Of a stretch of 33,512 nucleotides of DNA, positions 32,224 through 33,512 are shown in pieces (within the stretch, counting starts at the first letter, position 1; each line of letters opens with the position of its first letter). Location: positions 1-33,512 of the IMG/VR virus record IMGVR_UViG_3300006169_000108. One strand, given 5' to 3'. This DNA is from a virus (taxonomy: Duplodnaviria; Caudoviricetes). Below the pieces are notes generated by a model. The model worked only from the letters and a program-made list of their open reading frames with translations, had not been told where the DNA came from and searched no databases. The translations under genes and the position numbers were made by a program.

Positions 32224-32357
32224 CGCTTCACCCGCCACGGACCGGTGGGATCCCACGACGCGTTCGCCGCGCTCAACGTGGGATGCCCCGGGTGCGCGCA
32301 ATGCCGGCCGTACGACAGGCCGCTGACCCGCCACCACAAGCGGCGCAGGACGCTCAC
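32220..32357 (-). CDS. Small hypothetical protein
   Basis: GTGA overlaps on both sides. Confidence 0.45.
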   Translation of the reverse strand: MSVLRRLWWRVSGLSYGRHCAHPGHPTLSAANASWDPTGPWRVKR

Positions 32358-32497
32358 GACGAGCTCGCCAGCGGCGGGCAGTCGTCCCACGACCACGTGA
32401 CGGCTTCGGTGCGGCGACGCTGCCAATCCAGCACCACACCCACCGGCACCGTCACGATCTGCGCCAACAGCGCCATCGGTAGAACTAGCAGGCCCAT
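32354..32497 (-). CDS. Small hydrophobic protein (47 aa), absent from the ORF track
   Basis: GGAG RBS; MGLLVLPMALLAQIVTVPVGVVLDWQRRR... Confidence 0.5.
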   Translation of the reverse strand: MGLLVLPMALLAQIVTVPVGVVLDWQRRRTEAVTWSWDDCPPLASSS

Positions 32498-32572
32498 GAG
32501 CGGGTCTCCAATCAGGTGAGAGGGGAAGGTGGCCGGGGCGTCCCGCGGGGGGTGTCGGAACGCCCCGACCGT

Positions 32573-32890
32573 CTAGGGGGCCGCCCTCGAGCGGCGACCG
32601 GTGGCGCCAGCCAGCGCGAGGCGTTCACACCCGCACACCCGGACCTGGGTGGGGTGATCGGCGCCCTGGATGGCGGCCTGCACGACGTCGCGGCGGTGCA
32701 GCCAGCGCCCGCCATGGGTGCCGTCGCTGGAGTGGTGGCCGTGCAGCTGCGCGCCCGGTCCACGCCAGGAGGGGCGGGAACGCTTGCGGATGTAGTCCGC
32801 GGAGCGGCGCATCAACGTGGCGGTCTCGTCGGTGTCGAGCCACTCGTCGGGTGCGGGGCTCGGCGCGGGGATGCCGGCGGCGGTCATCAC
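32573..32890 (-). CDS. Excisionase-like HTH protein
   Basis: WLDTDETATLMRRSADYIRKR...GGRWLHRRDVV; second gene after the Cro-like gene. Confidence 0.65.
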   Translation of the reverse strand: MMTAAGIPAPSPAPDEWLDTDETATLMRRSADYIRKRSRPSWRGPGAQLHGHHSSDGTHGGRWLHRRDVVQAAIQGADHPTQVRVCGCERLALAGATGRRSRAAP

Positions 32891-33135
32891 GCGGCTCCTG
32901 CGGGGGTGCCGTGGCCGTGGGCGACGTCGGCGAAGCGGACGAGCTCGTCCATGGGCACGCCGAGGACGTCGGCGATGTTCTTGGCCCCGGCCAGGGAGAG
33001 CAGGTGGTCGCCATGTTCGACGTGAGCTATCGAGGTGCGGTCGATGCCGGCGAGCTCGGCGAGACGGGCCTGGGTCATTCGCCGCGCATGGCGTGACCGC
33101 CTGATGACCGAGGCATCGATGTAAACCGGACGCAC
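32887..33135 (-). CDS. Cro-like XRE-family HTH protein
   Basis: MTQARLAELAGIDRTSIAHVEHG; divergent from the repressor; -10 TACGCT 7 nt before GTG. Confidence 0.85.
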   Translation of the reverse strand: MRPVYIDASVIRRSRHARRMTQARLAELAGIDRTSIAHVEHGDHLLSLAGAKNIADVLGVPMDELVRFADVAHGHGTPAGAA

Positions 33136-33348
33136 GTGGGGCAGCGTAGGGCTACGTGAGGTTATTTGGCAACCTGTCGATGACCTTCGTGATCATGGCG
33201 TCCTGGTGGGGATGTGGCTCACGAGTGGTGTTGTCGCCCGTGTGGTCGTGTTCTACTGAGCCGGACGAGTGGCCGTTCGGGGCGGCCACCGCATGAGGTG
33301 ACCCTGGGAGGGTCCCGAATGACCGTTGCCACCTGCCATGCTGTGGGC

Positions 33349-33460
33349 ATGACCCACGTTGGGAAGCGGATCCGGGCTCGACGTGAAGAGCTCGACCTCA
33401 CCCAGGCGCAACTCGCCAGCAAGATCGGCGCAGAGCGCGCCTCCGTGGTCAAGCAGTGGC
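33349..33460 (+). CDS. Immunity repressor (XRE HTH), 5' fragment
   Basis: MTHVGKRIRARREELDLTQAQLASKIGAERASV; truncated by a contig-end artefact. Confidence 0.75.
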
Positions 33461-33471
33461 AGTTTCTTTTT

Positions 33472-33500
33472 AATGATACGGCGCCCACCGAGATCTACAC
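33472..33500 (+). other. Illumina P5 adapter remnant (artefact)
   Basis: AATGATACGGCGCCCACCGAGATCTACAC, one mismatch from P5 AATGATACGGCGACCACCGAGATCTACAC, preceded by a T-run. Confidence 0.95.
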
Positions 33501-33512
33501 CGCCCGCCTCGA

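Overview
GC-rich segment of a temperate actinobacteriophage or prophage. The host is an actinomycete; Pseudonocardiaceae is only a guess. 1-13.0 kb (mostly minus strand) is the head and packaging module: start of the probable major capsid gene, maturation protease-like gene, portal with a MuF-like tail, a DUF1360-type membrane protein, three very basic small proteins, free-standing HNH genes, an intein-containing terminase large subunit, a class F sortase with its probable substrate, and the terminase small subunit. 13.1-18.7 kb (mostly plus strand) holds small genes, a ~1.05 kb array of GNA-capped DNA hairpins and a DUF3631-type ATPase. 18.8-33.1 kb (minus strand) is the early/replication arm: resolvase, iteron region, AAA helicase, primase-polymerase, SSB-like protein, PD-(D/E)XK exonuclease, ParB-like protein, Xis-like and Cro-like HTH proteins. 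A divergent repressor is cut off by an Illumina adapter remnant at the contig end. Most notable: (1) a candidate ~85-nt triple-hairpin sRNA whose repeated GUGAGA loops are complementary to CCCUCUCAC elements beside the ribosome-binding sites of several early genes; (2) an intein whose HNH endonuclease is overprinted in another frame with its own promoter; (3) the strand-polarised GNA hairpin array; (4) a phage-encoded sortase/substrate pair; (5) a free-standing copy of the helicase's C-terminal domain beside the iterons. All calls come from reading motifs by eye; no database searches were run.
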